Assembly: GCA_039802865.1 (NCBI GenBank)
Contig: JBDRXL010000003.1
Coordinates: forward strand, 15,085 to 79,084
Source: a candidate division WOR-3 bacterium
Lineage (GTDB): Bacteria; Hydrothermota; Hydrothermia; LBFQ01; DSFT01
Length of the DNA: 64,000 nt
Direction: 5' to 3'
The notes below the pieces were generated by a model. It was not told the DNA's origin. It made no database searches and worked only from the letters and a program-made list of their open reading frames with translations. Both the position numbers and the translations under genes were made by a program. Positions 8,811 to 19,226 of the stretch are shown here, piece after piece (position 1 is the first letter of the stretch; the number at the start of each line of letters is the position of its first letter).

Positions 8811-10259
8811 ATGAAAGATTGGAGAAAAATTTTGGAGAAAATCACGGATTATAAGTGGAGATTACCAAAAACATATAAATCAAATATGAATGTAGATGGA
8901 ATTATCTTTGCTACAGAAGACTTATTAAATGATATAATTGAAGAAGGTGAAGCGCTTGAACAAGTTGCTAATGTAGCAACATTACCAGGTATTGTTAAGA
9001 ATTCCATAGCTATGCCTGATATTCATTGGGGATATGGTTTTCCTATTGGAGGGGTTGCTGCATTTGATCCAGAGAATGGAGGGATTATAAGTCCTGGTGG
9101 TGTTGGATATGATATAAATTGTGGTGTTAGAATCATAAAAACGAATTTAACTGAAAAGGATATTGAAAAATATAAAGTAAAATTAGCGGATAAGTTATTT
9201 GATTATGTTCCAAGTGGTGTTGGAGCAAGAAGTAAATTTAAATTTTCTGATAAAGAATTAGAGAATATAACAGAACAAGGTTTAAAATATCTATCAAAAC
9301 TTGGTTATACGTGGGATGATGATTATAACTATATAGAAGAGTTTGGAAGTATGCCAGGAGCGGACTTTTCAAAAGTTAGTCAAACTGCAAGAGATAGGGG
9401 TAGGGATCAACTTGGAACACTTGGAAGTGGAAACCATTTCTTAGAGGTTCAAATTGTAGATGAAATTTTTGATGAAGAAATTGCTAAAAAATTTGGTTTG
9501 TTTAAGGGTCAAGTTGTAATTATGATACATTGTGGAAGTAGAGGATTTGGACATCAAATAGCAAGTGATTATATAAGGGAGTTTGATAAAGTTTTAAATA
9601 AATATGGAATTAAGCTTGTAGATAAACAATTATCTTGTGCTCCATTTAACTCTAAGGAAGGTCAGGATTATTATAAGGCTATGGTTTGTGCTGCAAATTT
9701 TGCTTGGTCAAATAGACAATTAATTACATATCAGGTAAGAAAGGCATTTAGTGAAGTTTTAAATAGAAGTGCAGAATCTCTTGAAATGAAGATATTATAT
9801 GATGTTGCTCATAATATAGCAAAGTTAGAGGAATTTAATAATAAAAAGCTTGTAGTTCATAGAAAGGGAGCAACAAGGGCATTACCAAAAGGACATAAAT
9901 TATTACCCCCTGCTTATAAGGATGTAGGTCAGCCTGTTCTTATTCCTGGGGATATGGGAACATATTCATATGTTCTTGTAGGTATGAAAAATTCTATTGA
10001 AGAATCATTTGCAAGTTCTTGTCATGGAGCAGGAAGAGTATTATCTAGAAGTAAAGCAAAGAAAATTGTTCAAAAGACATCATTATTAAAGAAATTATCA
10101 GAGAAGGGTATTGTTGTAAGAGCAGAAAGTGATGCTACTCTTCTTGAAGAAGCACCAGAAGCATATAAAGATGTTAGTAAAGTGGTTGAAGCAGTTGAGC
10201 TTGCAGGAATAAGTAAAAAGGTTTCAAGACATAGACCAATAATTGTAGTAAAAGGTTAG
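8811..10259 (+). CDS. rtcB: RtcB family RNA ligase
   Basis: MPDIHWGYGFPIGGV, GYDINCG, GSGNHFLE, HRKGAT, SCHGAGR. Confidence 0.97.
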   Translation: MKDWRKILEKITDYKWRLPKTYKSNMNVDGIIFATEDLLNDIIEEGEALEQVANVATLPGIVKNSIAMPDIHWGYGFPIGGVAAFDPENGGIISPGGVGYDINCGVRIIKTNLTEKDIEKYKVKLADKLFDYVPSGVGARSKFKFSDKELENITEQGLKYLSKLGYTWDDDYNYIEEFGSMPGADFSKVSQTARDRGRDQLGTLGSGNHFLEVQIVDEIFDEEIAKKFGLFKGQVVIMIHCGSRGFGHQIASDYIREFDKVLNKYGIKLVDKQLSCAPFNSKEGQDYYKAMVCAANFAWSNRQLITYQVRKAFSEVLNRSAESLEMKILYDVAHNIAKLEEFNNKKLVVHRKGATRALPKGHKLLPPAYKDVGQPVLIPGDMGTYSYVLVGMKNSIEESFASSCHGAGRVLSRSKAKKIVQKTSLLKKLSEKGIVVRAESDATLLEEAPEAYKDVSKVVEAVELAGISKKVSRHRPIIVVKG

Positions 10260-10586
10260 CTATATATTAAATCCAAATGTTCTTAAAACTTCTCTCCCTT
10301 CATCGGTTATTCTATCAAGTGTCCAAGGGGGATCAAATGTAAATTCTACTTCAACATCACTAACACCTTCCAATTGCATTAATTTATCTTTTATTTCAAA
10401 AGCGATGCTATCTCCAATTGGACAATGAGGAGCGGTTAAAGTCATTAAAATATAAATTTTTCCATCTTCTCTTATTTCAAGTCCATATATCAACCCCAAA
10501 TCCACTATATTTACAGGAATTTCTGGGTCATAAACAGTTTTAAGAACCTCAATTACCTCATCTCTTGAAATTTTTGCTTTTGCCAT
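10260..10586 (-). CDS. SufT/MIP18 (DUF59) Fe-S cluster assembly protein
   Basis: VYDPEIPVNIVDLGLIY, MTLTAPHCP, FDPPW. Confidence 0.92.
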   Translation of the reverse strand: MAKAKISRDEVIEVLKTVYDPEIPVNIVDLGLIYGLEIREDGKIYILMTLTAPHCPIGDSIAFEIKDKLMQLEGVSDVEVEFTFDPPWTLDRITDEGREVLRTFGFNI

Positions 10587-10588
10587 AA

Positions 10589-10617
10589 TTTAAAATTTTA
10601 AAGCCCTTTAAAATTTT
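10589..10617. promoter_or_regulatory. two back-to-back TTTAAAATTTT elements for the divergent DUF59 gene and pepA
   Basis: 34-bp spacer holds copies at 10589-10602 and 10607-10617, each 3 nt or less from a start codon. Confidence 0.7.
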
Positions 10618-10620
10618 CGT

Positions 10621-11931
10621 ATGATTGAAATAAAAACTTTAAAGAGATTTGAAGATTTGGGTTTTGGTGCAATTTTTGAGCCTGCGGATATAGAATCTGA
10701 CTATAATTTTAAATCTCCAAATATCTTTCTTATAAAGTATGATAATGCAAGGAGTTATGCTCAAAGGATTTCAAAAATTGTAAAGGATTTTAAATTTGAC
10801 AAAGTTCTCGTAAATTTAAAAAATAAAGATGATATTTCTTTTTTTATTGAAGAGTTATATTTACAACATTATTCATTTGATAAGTATAAAACAAAAACAA
10901 ATAAATTGAATGTAAGTTATTATGTAATTTTTGATGAAGAAAAAAATTTTAATATTCAAAAAATAATAAGTGAGGGCGTAAATTATACAAGAGATTTAGT
11001 AAATGAACCACCAAATAGAATATATCCTGAAACATTAAAAGATGAAGCTTTAAAGTTAAGCAAAAATTATAATTTAAGTGTAGAAGTATTTAATAGGGAG
11101 CAGTTAGAGAAATTAGGATTTAATGCATTTTTAGCAGTTGCAAGTGGTTCAGATAAAGAACCTTATTTTGTTCATCTTTCATATAAAAGTGGAAATCCAA
11201 AATTAAAGTTAGCAATAGTAGGAAAATCCTTAACATTTGATAGTGGGGGATTGAACATAAAAACTTATGAAGGAATGGTAGATATGAAGATAGATATGGC
11301 AGGTTCTGCTATTATTTTAGGATTATTCAAAATAATTGGGGAGTTAAAATTAAATGATATTGAAGTTCATGGATTTTTTGCTAGTTGCGAAAATATGCCA
11401 TCTGGTAAAGCAATGAAACCGGGAGATGTTGTAAAAGCATATAATGGGAAGACTATTGAGATATTAAATACAGATGCAGAAGGAAGATTAACCTTAGCGG
11501 ATGCTCTTTCTTATGTGTCAGAAAATTATTCTCATTTAGATTATATAATTGATTTTGCAACACTTACAGGGGCTATTGTAGTAGCACTTGGTGAATATAG
11601 AGCTGGTGTTTTTACACCAAATAAGGAACTTTATGAGAAAATTGAATATTATGGAAATTTAGCTAATGAGTATTATTGGTTAATGCCCTTAGATGAAAAT
11701 ATTGCAAAGAAATTAAAGAGTAAAGTGGCGGATATTAAAAATACAGGAGATAGATGGGGTGGGGCAATTTTTGCTGCTTTGTTTTTAAGAGAATTTTTAA
11801 AAGATCCTAATAAATGGGCTCATATTGATATTGCTGGTGTTGCTTATAATAATGAACTTGGAGCAACCGGTTTTGGTGTAAGAACAATAATTTATTGGAT
11901 ACTTGATAAAATTAAATATCAGAATATGTGA
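10621..11931 (+). CDS. pepA: leucyl aminopeptidase (M17)
   Basis: VGKSLTFDSGG, MKIDMAG, NTDAEGRL, WAHIDIAG. Confidence 0.95.
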   Translation: MIEIKTLKRFEDLGFGAIFEPADIESDYNFKSPNIFLIKYDNARSYAQRISKIVKDFKFDKVLVNLKNKDDISFFIEELYLQHYSFDKYKTKTNKLNVSYYVIFDEEKNFNIQKIISEGVNYTRDLVNEPPNRIYPETLKDEALKLSKNYNLSVEVFNREQLEKLGFNAFLAVASGSDKEPYFVHLSYKSGNPKLKLAIVGKSLTFDSGGLNIKTYEGMVDMKIDMAGSAIILGLFKIIGELKLNDIEVHGFFASCENMPSGKAMKPGDVVKAYNGKTIEILNTDAEGRLTLADALSYVSENYSHLDYIIDFATLTGAIVVALGEYRAGVFTPNKELYEKIEYYGNLANEYYWLMPLDENIAKKLKSKVADIKNTGDRWGGAIFAALFLREFLKDPNKWAHIDIAGVAYNNELGATGFGVRTIIYWILDKIKYQNM

Positions 11932-13162
11932 TTTTTCCATCTTTCATTGTAAGAACAATTTTTCCTTTAAATTTCCAATTTATAAAGGGTGAATTTTTAC
12001 TCTTTGATAAAATTAAATTTTCACTAAAAATCCATTCCTTACTTTCATCAAATAAAATCAAATTTGCTCTATAACCTTCTTTAATTTCTCCAACATTCTT
12101 TAACTTTAAAAATTTTATTGGAAATTTAACAAATTTTTCAATGATAAAGTTTAAATCAAAACCTCTTTTAATAGCTTCATTATATACTACATTAAAAGCA
12201 GTTTGAAGTCCAATTACTCCTCTTTCTCCTTCTGTAAAGTCCAATTTACTTTCAAATTCATGGGGTGCATGGTCTGTTGCAATAGCATCAATTGTTCCAT
12301 CTTTTAAACCTTCCCAAAGGGCTTCAATATCTTCCTTTGACCTTAAAGGTGGATACATTTTAAAGTTTGGTGAATAATCATTAGCTTTAATATAACTATA
12401 ATTTAGAACTAAGTGATGTGGTGTTGTATCTGCAGTAATTTTAGCACCAAGCTTTTTAAAATATCTTATAATTTCAACAGATAGCTTTGAACTAATATGG
12501 GCAAAGTGAATCCATCCACCTGTTTCAAGTGCTAATATGCAATCTCTTGCTATAATGCTTGCCTCTGAACTTTCAGGTATTCCAATCAATCCATCTCTTA
12601 AACTTTCAAATCCCCAACCTGTTGAATAATTTAAAGATAGCTTTGTATCTTCTGGATGTTGAATAATAGGAAGATTAAACATTTTAAGATAAATTAAAGC
12701 ATTCCTTAAAACATTTGTATTTAATATACAATTTCCATCATCTGAAAAGCCTATTGCCCCTGCTTTATATAATAAATAATATTCTGCCATTTCATTCCCT
12801 TCTCTTTTCTTTGTAGCACAAGCTACTGGAAATATATCTACAAGTCCAACTTCTTTTCCTCTTTGAATTTGATATTTTACTAATTCTGGACTATCCGTAG
12901 GTGGATTTGTATTTGGCATTGTGCAAACTGCCCAAAATCCTCCAAAACTTGCACTTTTACTTCCGCTTTCAATATCTTCCTTATATTCAAATCCTGGTTC
13001 CCTAAAATGAGCGTGTAAATCTATAAAAGCGGGAAGAATTTTAAGTCCATCTGCATTTATAACCTTATCTACTTGCTTTGAAACTTTTCCAATTTCCTTA
13101 ATAATTCCATCTTCTATAAGGATATCCCCCTTATCTGTATTTTTAATAAGAATTGTCTTCAA
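11912..13162 (-). CDS. pyrC: dihydroorotase
   Basis: DLHAHFREPG, MPNTNP, KMYPPLR, ATDHAPH; own element at 13168-13177 inside the upstream gene. Confidence 0.93.
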   Translation of the reverse strand: MKTILIKNTDKGDILIEDGIIKEIGKVSKQVDKVINADGLKILPAFIDLHAHFREPGFEYKEDIESGSKSASFGGFWAVCTMPNTNPPTDSPELVKYQIQRGKEVGLVDIFPVACATKKREGNEMAEYYLLYKAGAIGFSDDGNCILNTNVLRNALIYLKMFNLPIIQHPEDTKLSLNYSTGWGFESLRDGLIGIPESSEASIIARDCILALETGGWIHFAHISSKLSVEIIRYFKKLGAKITADTTPHHLVLNYSYIKANDYSPNFKMYPPLRSKEDIEALWEGLKDGTIDAIATDHAPHEFESKLDFTEGERGVIGLQTAFNVVYNEAIKRGFDLNFIIEKFVKFPIKFLKLKNVGEIKEGYRANLILFDESKEWIFSENLILSKSKNSPFINWKFKGKIVLTMKDGKITYSDI

Positions 13163-13859
13163 TGTTGAAAATTTTAAGGGCTTTTACCTTAATTTTATTT
13201 TTTAAATCTGGTTTTATTATAAATGCTTTTGAATATGCTTCACATTCTGTTGCATTCTCACATATTACAAGCACTGTTAAATTTTTCTTTATTGGTTTTG
13301 ATGTTCTTGGGTCATAAATATGATATTTATTTTCTTTAATTGTTGAAGAGATAGAAATTGCCTCATTAAAAATTTCAAATTCTCCAAATTCTTCACTATA
13401 AAGCTTTAATTTATAATTTCTTGAATAAATTGAACTACTTCCAAAATTAATATAAAATGTATCTATTTTAAAGCTTAGAAGGATATCTCTTACTTTATCT
13501 ACAACATAACCTTTTACAATTCCTCCCAAATCAATTTTTAATCCCTTTGGAAAATACCAAACTTTATCAGAAATTCTTATAGGAAATAAATTTTTTGACT
13601 TATAAAATGGATTAAATGTGCTATCTGTAATTTCAATATAGTATGAACTCAATTTTAAAATTTCATCAGTTTCATCTTCAACAGCAATTGTATCACCATT
13701 CGCTTCAAAATTCTTGTAAAACTTATACCATATACTATTTAAATAATTAGCATATTTAAATGCTGAATCTACTGCTATTTGTGAAATTGGATTATTCTCT
13801 ATAATACCAATTTTTAAGATACTTCCCATTATAAATTGCGCCCTTATGAGATATTCCAT
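13143..13859 (-). CDS. apbE: FAD:protein FMN transferase, ApbE family (short)
   Basis: FIMGS, TDSTFNP, IDLGGIVKGYVVD, HIYDPRT. Confidence 0.8.
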   Translation of the reverse strand: MEYLIRAQFIMGSILKIGIIENNPISQIAVDSAFKYANYLNSIWYKFYKNFEANGDTIAVEDETDEILKLSSYYIEITDSTFNPFYKSKNLFPIRISDKVWYFPKGLKIDLGGIVKGYVVDKVRDILLSFKIDTFYINFGSSSIYSRNYKLKLYSEEFGEFEIFNEAISISSTIKENKYHIYDPRTSKPIKKNLTVLVICENATECEAYSKAFIIKPDLKNKIKVKALKIFNIEDNSY

Positions 13860-15874
13860 GCTTTTAAAGTAAAATAAGTGGAATCATAAGCGCTTTGGAA
13901 ATCAATAGGACTATCTTTTCCTTCAATTAATGATTTTACAAAAAGTTCAATAAGTTTTTCTTGTCCTTTATCTTGCTTGCTTGTTTTAAAAATTACTTTA
14001 TTATTTAAAATTAGCTCTTTAAAGTCCCTTATAATAATACTATCATTATCTGCATCAATTCTAATAATTTCCTTTTCAAGCATTTTATTACCTTCGGAAA
14101 AATAAATGATATTAGCCATTTTATTTAAATAGCGAAAGCTAATTGTAAAGTTTTCTTGATTTAAAACATTTGAAAAATAAAAGTTTGGCTTTCCAAATAA
14201 AAATAATATATAATCTACAAAATGACACCCTTCTCCAATTAATCTCCCCCCTCCAATGTTAATATCTAAGAGCCAATGTTTATTTAGCTTCCCAGCATTT
14301 ATAATATAATTAATTATAATTTTATCTTTGTTTTTTAAAAGCTCTTTTAATTTTTCTGTAAAAATTGAAAATCTTCTATTAAAACCAATGCAAAATTTAA
14401 TAGGATTTTTTTCATATGCTATTTTTAATTCTTCAAGTTCATTAAAATTAATAGCAAGTGGCTTTTCTGTATAAACCGCTTTATTATATTCAATTGAAAG
14501 TTTTATAAGCTTTGCATGTAAATTATGTGGAGTTGAAATTACAATTAAATTAACATTTTCATCCTTAAATGCCTCTAAATAATCAACACTTGCATATTTA
14601 AATCCATATCTTTTTGATAAATTAACAGCATTTTCTGGTCTTGATGTAATTAAATATAAGGGATTAACTTCTTTGTATTTTAAGAAATTTGGAATTAAAA
14701 CATTTTGAGCATAACTTCCTGCTCCTATAATTGCCATATTAATTTTTGAAAATTTATTAAAATTTTTAACAATTACAACACTTTTTGGCTCACTATGATT
14801 ACTATATTTAAATACTACTCCAAGATAATTTTTTTCTTTTTTTAGCATTTCAAAAGCTTGTGGTGCATTTTCAAAATCAAATTCGTGGGTAATAATTTCA
14901 TTTAGATTTAATTTTGGTAAAATTTCTATAAATGATTGTAAATTTCTATTTATTGTCCATTTAACATAACTTTCAGGATAATCTATTCCTTTAACTTCAT
15001 AATTTTCATCATATCTTCCAGCACCATAAGCCCTACTCATTTTTACTTCAAGCTCCTTATAATAAAACTCCTTATATGGAATTAATAATTTTGATTGTCC
15101 TACTACAATTATTCTACCCTTTTCTCTTAATACTTCACAGGCGAGCTTTATTGCATTTCCTGTTTTATCATTTGCACAAATTATAACTCCATCTACTGGA
15201 TAAATTTTTTCAACTAAACCTTTTTCCTTAAAATTAAATAGTTTATAAGCATAATTTTTAGCAAATTCCAATTTATAATCTGAAATATCTACTCCAATTG
15301 TTTTTACATTCATTAAATTTAATATCCTTAAAACAATTTGACCAATTAATCCAAGACCAATTACTAAAAATTTTTCTCCAATTTCAGGTTTTGAAATTCT
15401 AATACTATTTAAAGCAATTGCTCCAATTGTTGAAAAGCTCGCACTTTTCAAATCTACATTGCTTGGAATTTTTAATAATAAATTTTTTGGAATTAAATTA
15501 TATTCAGAATGTAATGCGTATTCTCCTCCTGCCCCTATTACAAAATCTCCTTCATTTATTCCATCAATTCTACTTTCAACAACAATTCCACTTATACTAT
15601 AACCCAAGGGTCCATATGAGCTTAATTTATTTATAACTCTTTTAAATGTTTCAGATATTCCTAAATTTTTTATAGATTTTAATACAAGCTCAATTTGGTC
15701 CTTCCTTTCAACTAAAACATTAAATAAATTTGTTCTTAATCGTGAAAGTTCTGTTCCAACACTTACTGCTGAATATAATGTTTTTACAATTGCAAAATTA
15801 TCTTTTATTTTTGGATAAGGAGCATCTATTAATATAGCTTTTGATGTTTTATAATCTTGAACTAAAACCTTCAC
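13844..15874 (-). CDS. bi-domain oxidoreductase (MDR/Zn-ADH-like plus Gfo/Idh/MocA), usually linked to polysaccharide synthesis
   Basis: SVGTE, PLGYS, GLGLIG, SRAYGAGRYD; second domain IGAGSYA, EKPLA, GFNRRFS, GEGCHFVD. Confidence 0.88.
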   Translation of the reverse strand: MKVLVQDYKTSKAILIDAPYPKIKDNFAIVKTLYSAVSVGTELSRLRTNLFNVLVERKDQIELVLKSIKNLGISETFKRVINKLSSYGPLGYSISGIVVESRIDGINEGDFVIGAGGEYALHSEYNLIPKNLLLKIPSNVDLKSASFSTIGAIALNSIRISKPEIGEKFLVIGLGLIGQIVLRILNLMNVKTIGVDISDYKLEFAKNYAYKLFNFKEKGLVEKIYPVDGVIICANDKTGNAIKLACEVLREKGRIIVVGQSKLLIPYKEFYYKELEVKMSRAYGAGRYDENYEVKGIDYPESYVKWTINRNLQSFIEILPKLNLNEIITHEFDFENAPQAFEMLKKEKNYLGVVFKYSNHSEPKSVVIVKNFNKFSKINMAIIGAGSYAQNVLIPNFLKYKEVNPLYLITSRPENAVNLSKRYGFKYASVDYLEAFKDENVNLIVISTPHNLHAKLIKLSIEYNKAVYTEKPLAINFNELEELKIAYEKNPIKFCIGFNRRFSIFTEKLKELLKNKDKIIINYIINAGKLNKHWLLDINIGGGRLIGEGCHFVDYILFLFGKPNFYFSNVLNQENFTISFRYLNKMANIIYFSEGNKMLEKEIIRIDADNDSIIIRDFKELILNNKVIFKTSKQDKGQEKLIELFVKSLIEGKDSPIDFQSAYDSTYFTLKAWNIS

Positions 15875-17064
15875 CTATCTACTTCACCAAGCACAATATC
15901 AATTGTTCCAATTAAAGCTACAAAATCCGCTATTAAATGTCCTGGTGCTATCTCTTCAAGGGCTTGTAAGTTTATAAAGCTTGGTGGTCTTATTCTAAAT
16001 CTATAAGGCTTTGAAGAGCCATCTGATACTATATAAAATCCAATTTCTCCTTTTGGACCTTCAACTGCTGCATAAACTTCACCTTCTGGCACTAAAAATC
16101 CTTCACTCATAATTTTAAAATGATGTATTAGATATTCAATTTGTGAATATAAAATTTTCTTTGGTGGTGGAACAATTTTATAATCATCAATTAAAACATC
16201 TCCATCAGGAATTTTTTCAATAGCTTGCTTAATTATTCTACAACTTTGTCTCATTTCTTCCATCCTTACTAAAAATCTATCATATGTATCTCCATTTTTA
16301 CCAATAGGTATTTCAAAATCAAATTCTGGATAAACAGAATAAGGCTCATCTTTTCTTAAATCCTTTTTTACACCACTTCCTCTTAATAATGGTCCTGTTA
16401 ATGATAAGTTTATTGCTAATTCCTTTGGAATAACACCAATACCAACTGTCCTTTGTTTAAAAATAGGATTTTCTGCTACTAAATCCATAAGCTCTGGCCA
16501 AATTTTCCTTTCAAATTCATCTGCCCATTTATAAACCTTTTCAAGCCAACCATCTGGGCAATCTGCTGCAACTCCACCAAATCTAAAAAATGTATTATTC
16601 ATCCTTTGACCTGAAATCTCTTCTAATAAATCGTAAATTTTTTCTCTTTCTCTAAATGCATGTAAGAAAAATGTCCAAGCTCCAATATCCATAACATGTG
16701 TTCCAACGCCTACTAAATGACTTGCTATTCTTGATAGTTCTGCCAAAATAACCCTTAGATATTCTGCTCTTTTTGGAATTTTATTTTCAATGCCAAGTAA
16801 TTTTTCAACAGCTCTTACATATGCAAAGTTATTTGAAAGTGGAGCTAAATAATCTAATCTATCAGTATATATTAGCATTTGATAATAATTTTTATCTTCA
16901 CCAAGTTTTTCAGTTCCTCTATGTAAATATCCAAGCTTACATTTTGCCTTTACAATTCTTTCTCCATCAAGTGTTAAAACTACCCTCAAAACACCATGCG
17001 TTGCAGGATGTTGTGGTCCTACATTAAGTTCAATATAATTTTCCTCTTTTGTTATAATTTCCAT
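15871..17064 (-). CDS. nuoD: NADH-quinone oxidoreductase subunit D
   Basis: GPQHPATHGVLR, GYLHRGTEK, DRLDY, EGPKGE, DIVLGEVDR. Confidence 0.97.
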   Translation of the reverse strand: MEIITKEENYIELNVGPQHPATHGVLRVVLTLDGERIVKAKCKLGYLHRGTEKLGEDKNYYQMLIYTDRLDYLAPLSNNFAYVRAVEKLLGIENKIPKRAEYLRVILAELSRIASHLVGVGTHVMDIGAWTFFLHAFREREKIYDLLEEISGQRMNNTFFRFGGVAADCPDGWLEKVYKWADEFERKIWPELMDLVAENPIFKQRTVGIGVIPKELAINLSLTGPLLRGSGVKKDLRKDEPYSVYPEFDFEIPIGKNGDTYDRFLVRMEEMRQSCRIIKQAIEKIPDGDVLIDDYKIVPPPKKILYSQIEYLIHHFKIMSEGFLVPEGEVYAAVEGPKGEIGFYIVSDGSSKPYRFRIRPPSFINLQALEEIAPGHLIADFVALIGTIDIVLGEVDR

Positions 17065-17068
17065 AGTG

Positions 17069-17079
17069 AAAATTTTAAA
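17069..17079 (-). promoter_or_regulatory. TTTAAAATTTT element for nuoD unit
   Basis: GCTTTAAAATTTTCACT-ATG. Confidence 0.7.
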
Positions 17080-17089
17080 GCAAGAAAAT

Positions 17090-17330
17090 TGCCTTCCTAT
17101 CTCATTACACTTTTCTATAAATTTTGCTTTCGCTTCACCTATAATTATAAATTCTTTTGACTTTTCAAAAGCCTTTCTCTTAATTCATTAACTGCTTGTA
17201 TTAAACTTTCAATAGCTTGCCATATTCTTTTAAATTCTTCATTCATCCTTTGTTCCATTCTATTATTACTTTCTTTAATTGCTTGTGTTAAAATATTTAC
17301 TCTTTGAGTAAGTTTAAACAAACCTTTCAT
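17090..17330 (-). pseudogene. remnant of a coiled-coil protein (DUF3782-like), includes the 61-aa ORF 17145..17330
   Basis: Heptad ORF (EEFKRIWQAIESLIQA) followed after its stop by an IGEAK nuclease-like fragment; AGGAGG upstream. Confidence 0.4.
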
Positions 17331-17403
17331 TATGGGCTTTATTTATCATCCTCCTATTTTGTTCAAACCCTTCCTTTATTATAATTAAAAAAATTTTAGA
17401 GTG

Positions 17404-18774
17404 TTATTTGACATAGTTCAATTGAAAATTTATGCTAAAAGCGATTGGTAAAGAGTTTTCTTGAAAGCTATAAATATAATTTTTAAATGTGTTTTTAATT
17501 AAATTATGTGCATTATTATAAAAACTAATTTTTGAACCAAAGCTAAAAAGAAAGCTACCTGTTGGAACAAGCACATTAAAAAATAAAGAATGATAATTTA
17601 GTAAATTGTTTTTTGTGTAAATATATCCATAGTTAGAAAGTGTTTTGGCATAAAATTTATGCATTAAAGAAAAACCTCCATATAAATTATTTAAAGGCTT
17701 TTGACCTAAAAATAAGCTTATTGTTAAGAAGTTAATTTTAAAATACTTATAAAATTCGGCAATTATACTTGAAGGAATTTTATAAGAAAACTCATAAGAA
17801 TTCGTATAAGTTGTATCTTTATAATTAAAGAAGAGATAAACAATGGCATAATTTACAATTTCAGTTGTATCGCCATTTTTAATAGCATAAAGATAATTTT
17901 CACTATATTTAATAGAATCTACATTATTTGAAAGGCTTGTGATATATCTAATTTCATCTGTAATTTTACCTTTTATTGTAAGTTCTGGTGAATAGCCTAA
18001 TTTTAATAAAGTTGTAGGATTGTAATAAGTAAGATAAAAGCTAAAATGAGATGTGTTATCTACCTCAAATGTGCGCTTTAATCCAAATGGATTATTTATA
18101 TAAGGAATAGCGTATAAATAAGCAAGCCATTTATAGTTTGTATAATTTAAAATTTTAACTTTTGGACTTGATGAAAGATAATAATTTTTGGCATTATATT
18201 CAATAAAATTGCCATTTTGATTAAAAAATCTTGCTTCAAGAGATAATAAAAAGCTTTTATAACCAATTTCAAAAGTTATTGGATTTGAGAAGATAGAGAA
18301 TTTTCCTGATGAAGTTAAATTTAAATTTCTATAAAGAGAATCAAAATTATATTCAACAATAATACTTCTATCAAGTCCTTGAACATCACTTGGATATAAA
18401 GTATCTATAATTTTCCCAAATATAGTATCCCATGGTTTTATATCTCTTTCTTGAGTAGTTTCAATATAAATCATTTCATTAAAATGATATTTCAAATCCA
18501 TTTGAAACTCATTAATTTTAAAACCCATACTTATTGCATTAAATCCCCCTCTTTGACCAAATACTTGCCTTTGCTCAATAAATAAACTATCACTTAATAT
18601 CCCATTTGGATTATAATTTAGTTTAATTAAGGAAGTTTTAGATTCCTCTGAATTTAAAGAAATAGAAAAGTAAAACTTCTTAAAAGCATATGGATTTTTA
18701 ATAGGAAATACAAGCTCATAAATTTGAGGTGTTTTAAAAAGTGTGTTTAAAGTGTTTATAATTAAGAAAAGCAT
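17404..18774 (-). CDS. hypothetical exported/outer-membrane protein
   Basis: Aromatic- and beta-rich; C-terminus FSINFQLNYVK; very short hydrophobic N-terminus MLFLII. Confidence 0.65.
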   Translation of the reverse strand: MLFLIINTLNTLFKTPQIYELVFPIKNPYAFKKFYFSISLNSEESKTSLIKLNYNPNGILSDSLFIEQRQVFGQRGGFNAISMGFKINEFQMDLKYHFNEMIYIETTQERDIKPWDTIFGKIIDTLYPSDVQGLDRSIIVEYNFDSLYRNLNLTSSGKFSIFSNPITFEIGYKSFLLSLEARFFNQNGNFIEYNAKNYYLSSSPKVKILNYTNYKWLAYLYAIPYINNPFGLKRTFEVDNTSHFSFYLTYYNPTTLLKLGYSPELTIKGKITDEIRYITSLSNNVDSIKYSENYLYAIKNGDTTEIVNYAIVYLFFNYKDTTYTNSYEFSYKIPSSIIAEFYKYFKINFLTISLFLGQKPLNNLYGGFSLMHKFYAKTLSNYGYIYTKNNLLNYHSLFFNVLVPTGSFLFSFGSKISFYNNAHNLIKNTFKNYIYSFQENSLPIAFSINFQLNYVK

Positions 18775-18785
18775 AGTTTGAAATT

Positions 18786-19226
18786 TTAATGGTAATAAAA
18801 ATTCTTTAAAAGCTCTTTAAATTCATTTTCAAAATAATTTACTTTCCTTACAATTACTCTATGATTTAATCTTATATCACTTGGAATTTGATAAAGACTA
18901 TATACTCCTCCAAATTTTGGCTCTCTTAAAACATATATAATTTCTGAAATCCTTGAAAGAACAATTGCAAAAGCACACATAATACAAGGTTCAACATTAA
19001 CATAAATTTTACACTCATATAAAAATTTTCTATTTAATTTTTTAAAAGCTTTTCTCATAGCAATTATTTCTGCATGCTCTAAAACATTATTTTTTGTTCT
19101 ATTTATAGCTTTTGAAATAATTTTATCTTTATATGTTATAATTGCACAAATAGGAATTTCATTTTTCTTAATTGCTTTTTTACAATCTCTTAAAATAATT
19201 TCAAAAATTTTCTCTTCATTTAACAA
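18786..19226 (-). CDS. tadA: tRNA adenosine deaminase
   Basis: EIPICA, HAE, EPCIMC, EPKFGG, LNH. Confidence 0.88.
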   Translation of the reverse strand: MLNEEKIFEIILRDCKKAIKKNEIPICAIITYKDKIISKAINRTKNNVLEHAEIIAMRKAFKKLNRKFLYECKIYVNVEPCIMCAFAIVLSRISEIIYVLREPKFGGVYSLYQIPSDIRLNHRVIVRKVNYFENEFKELLKNFYYH

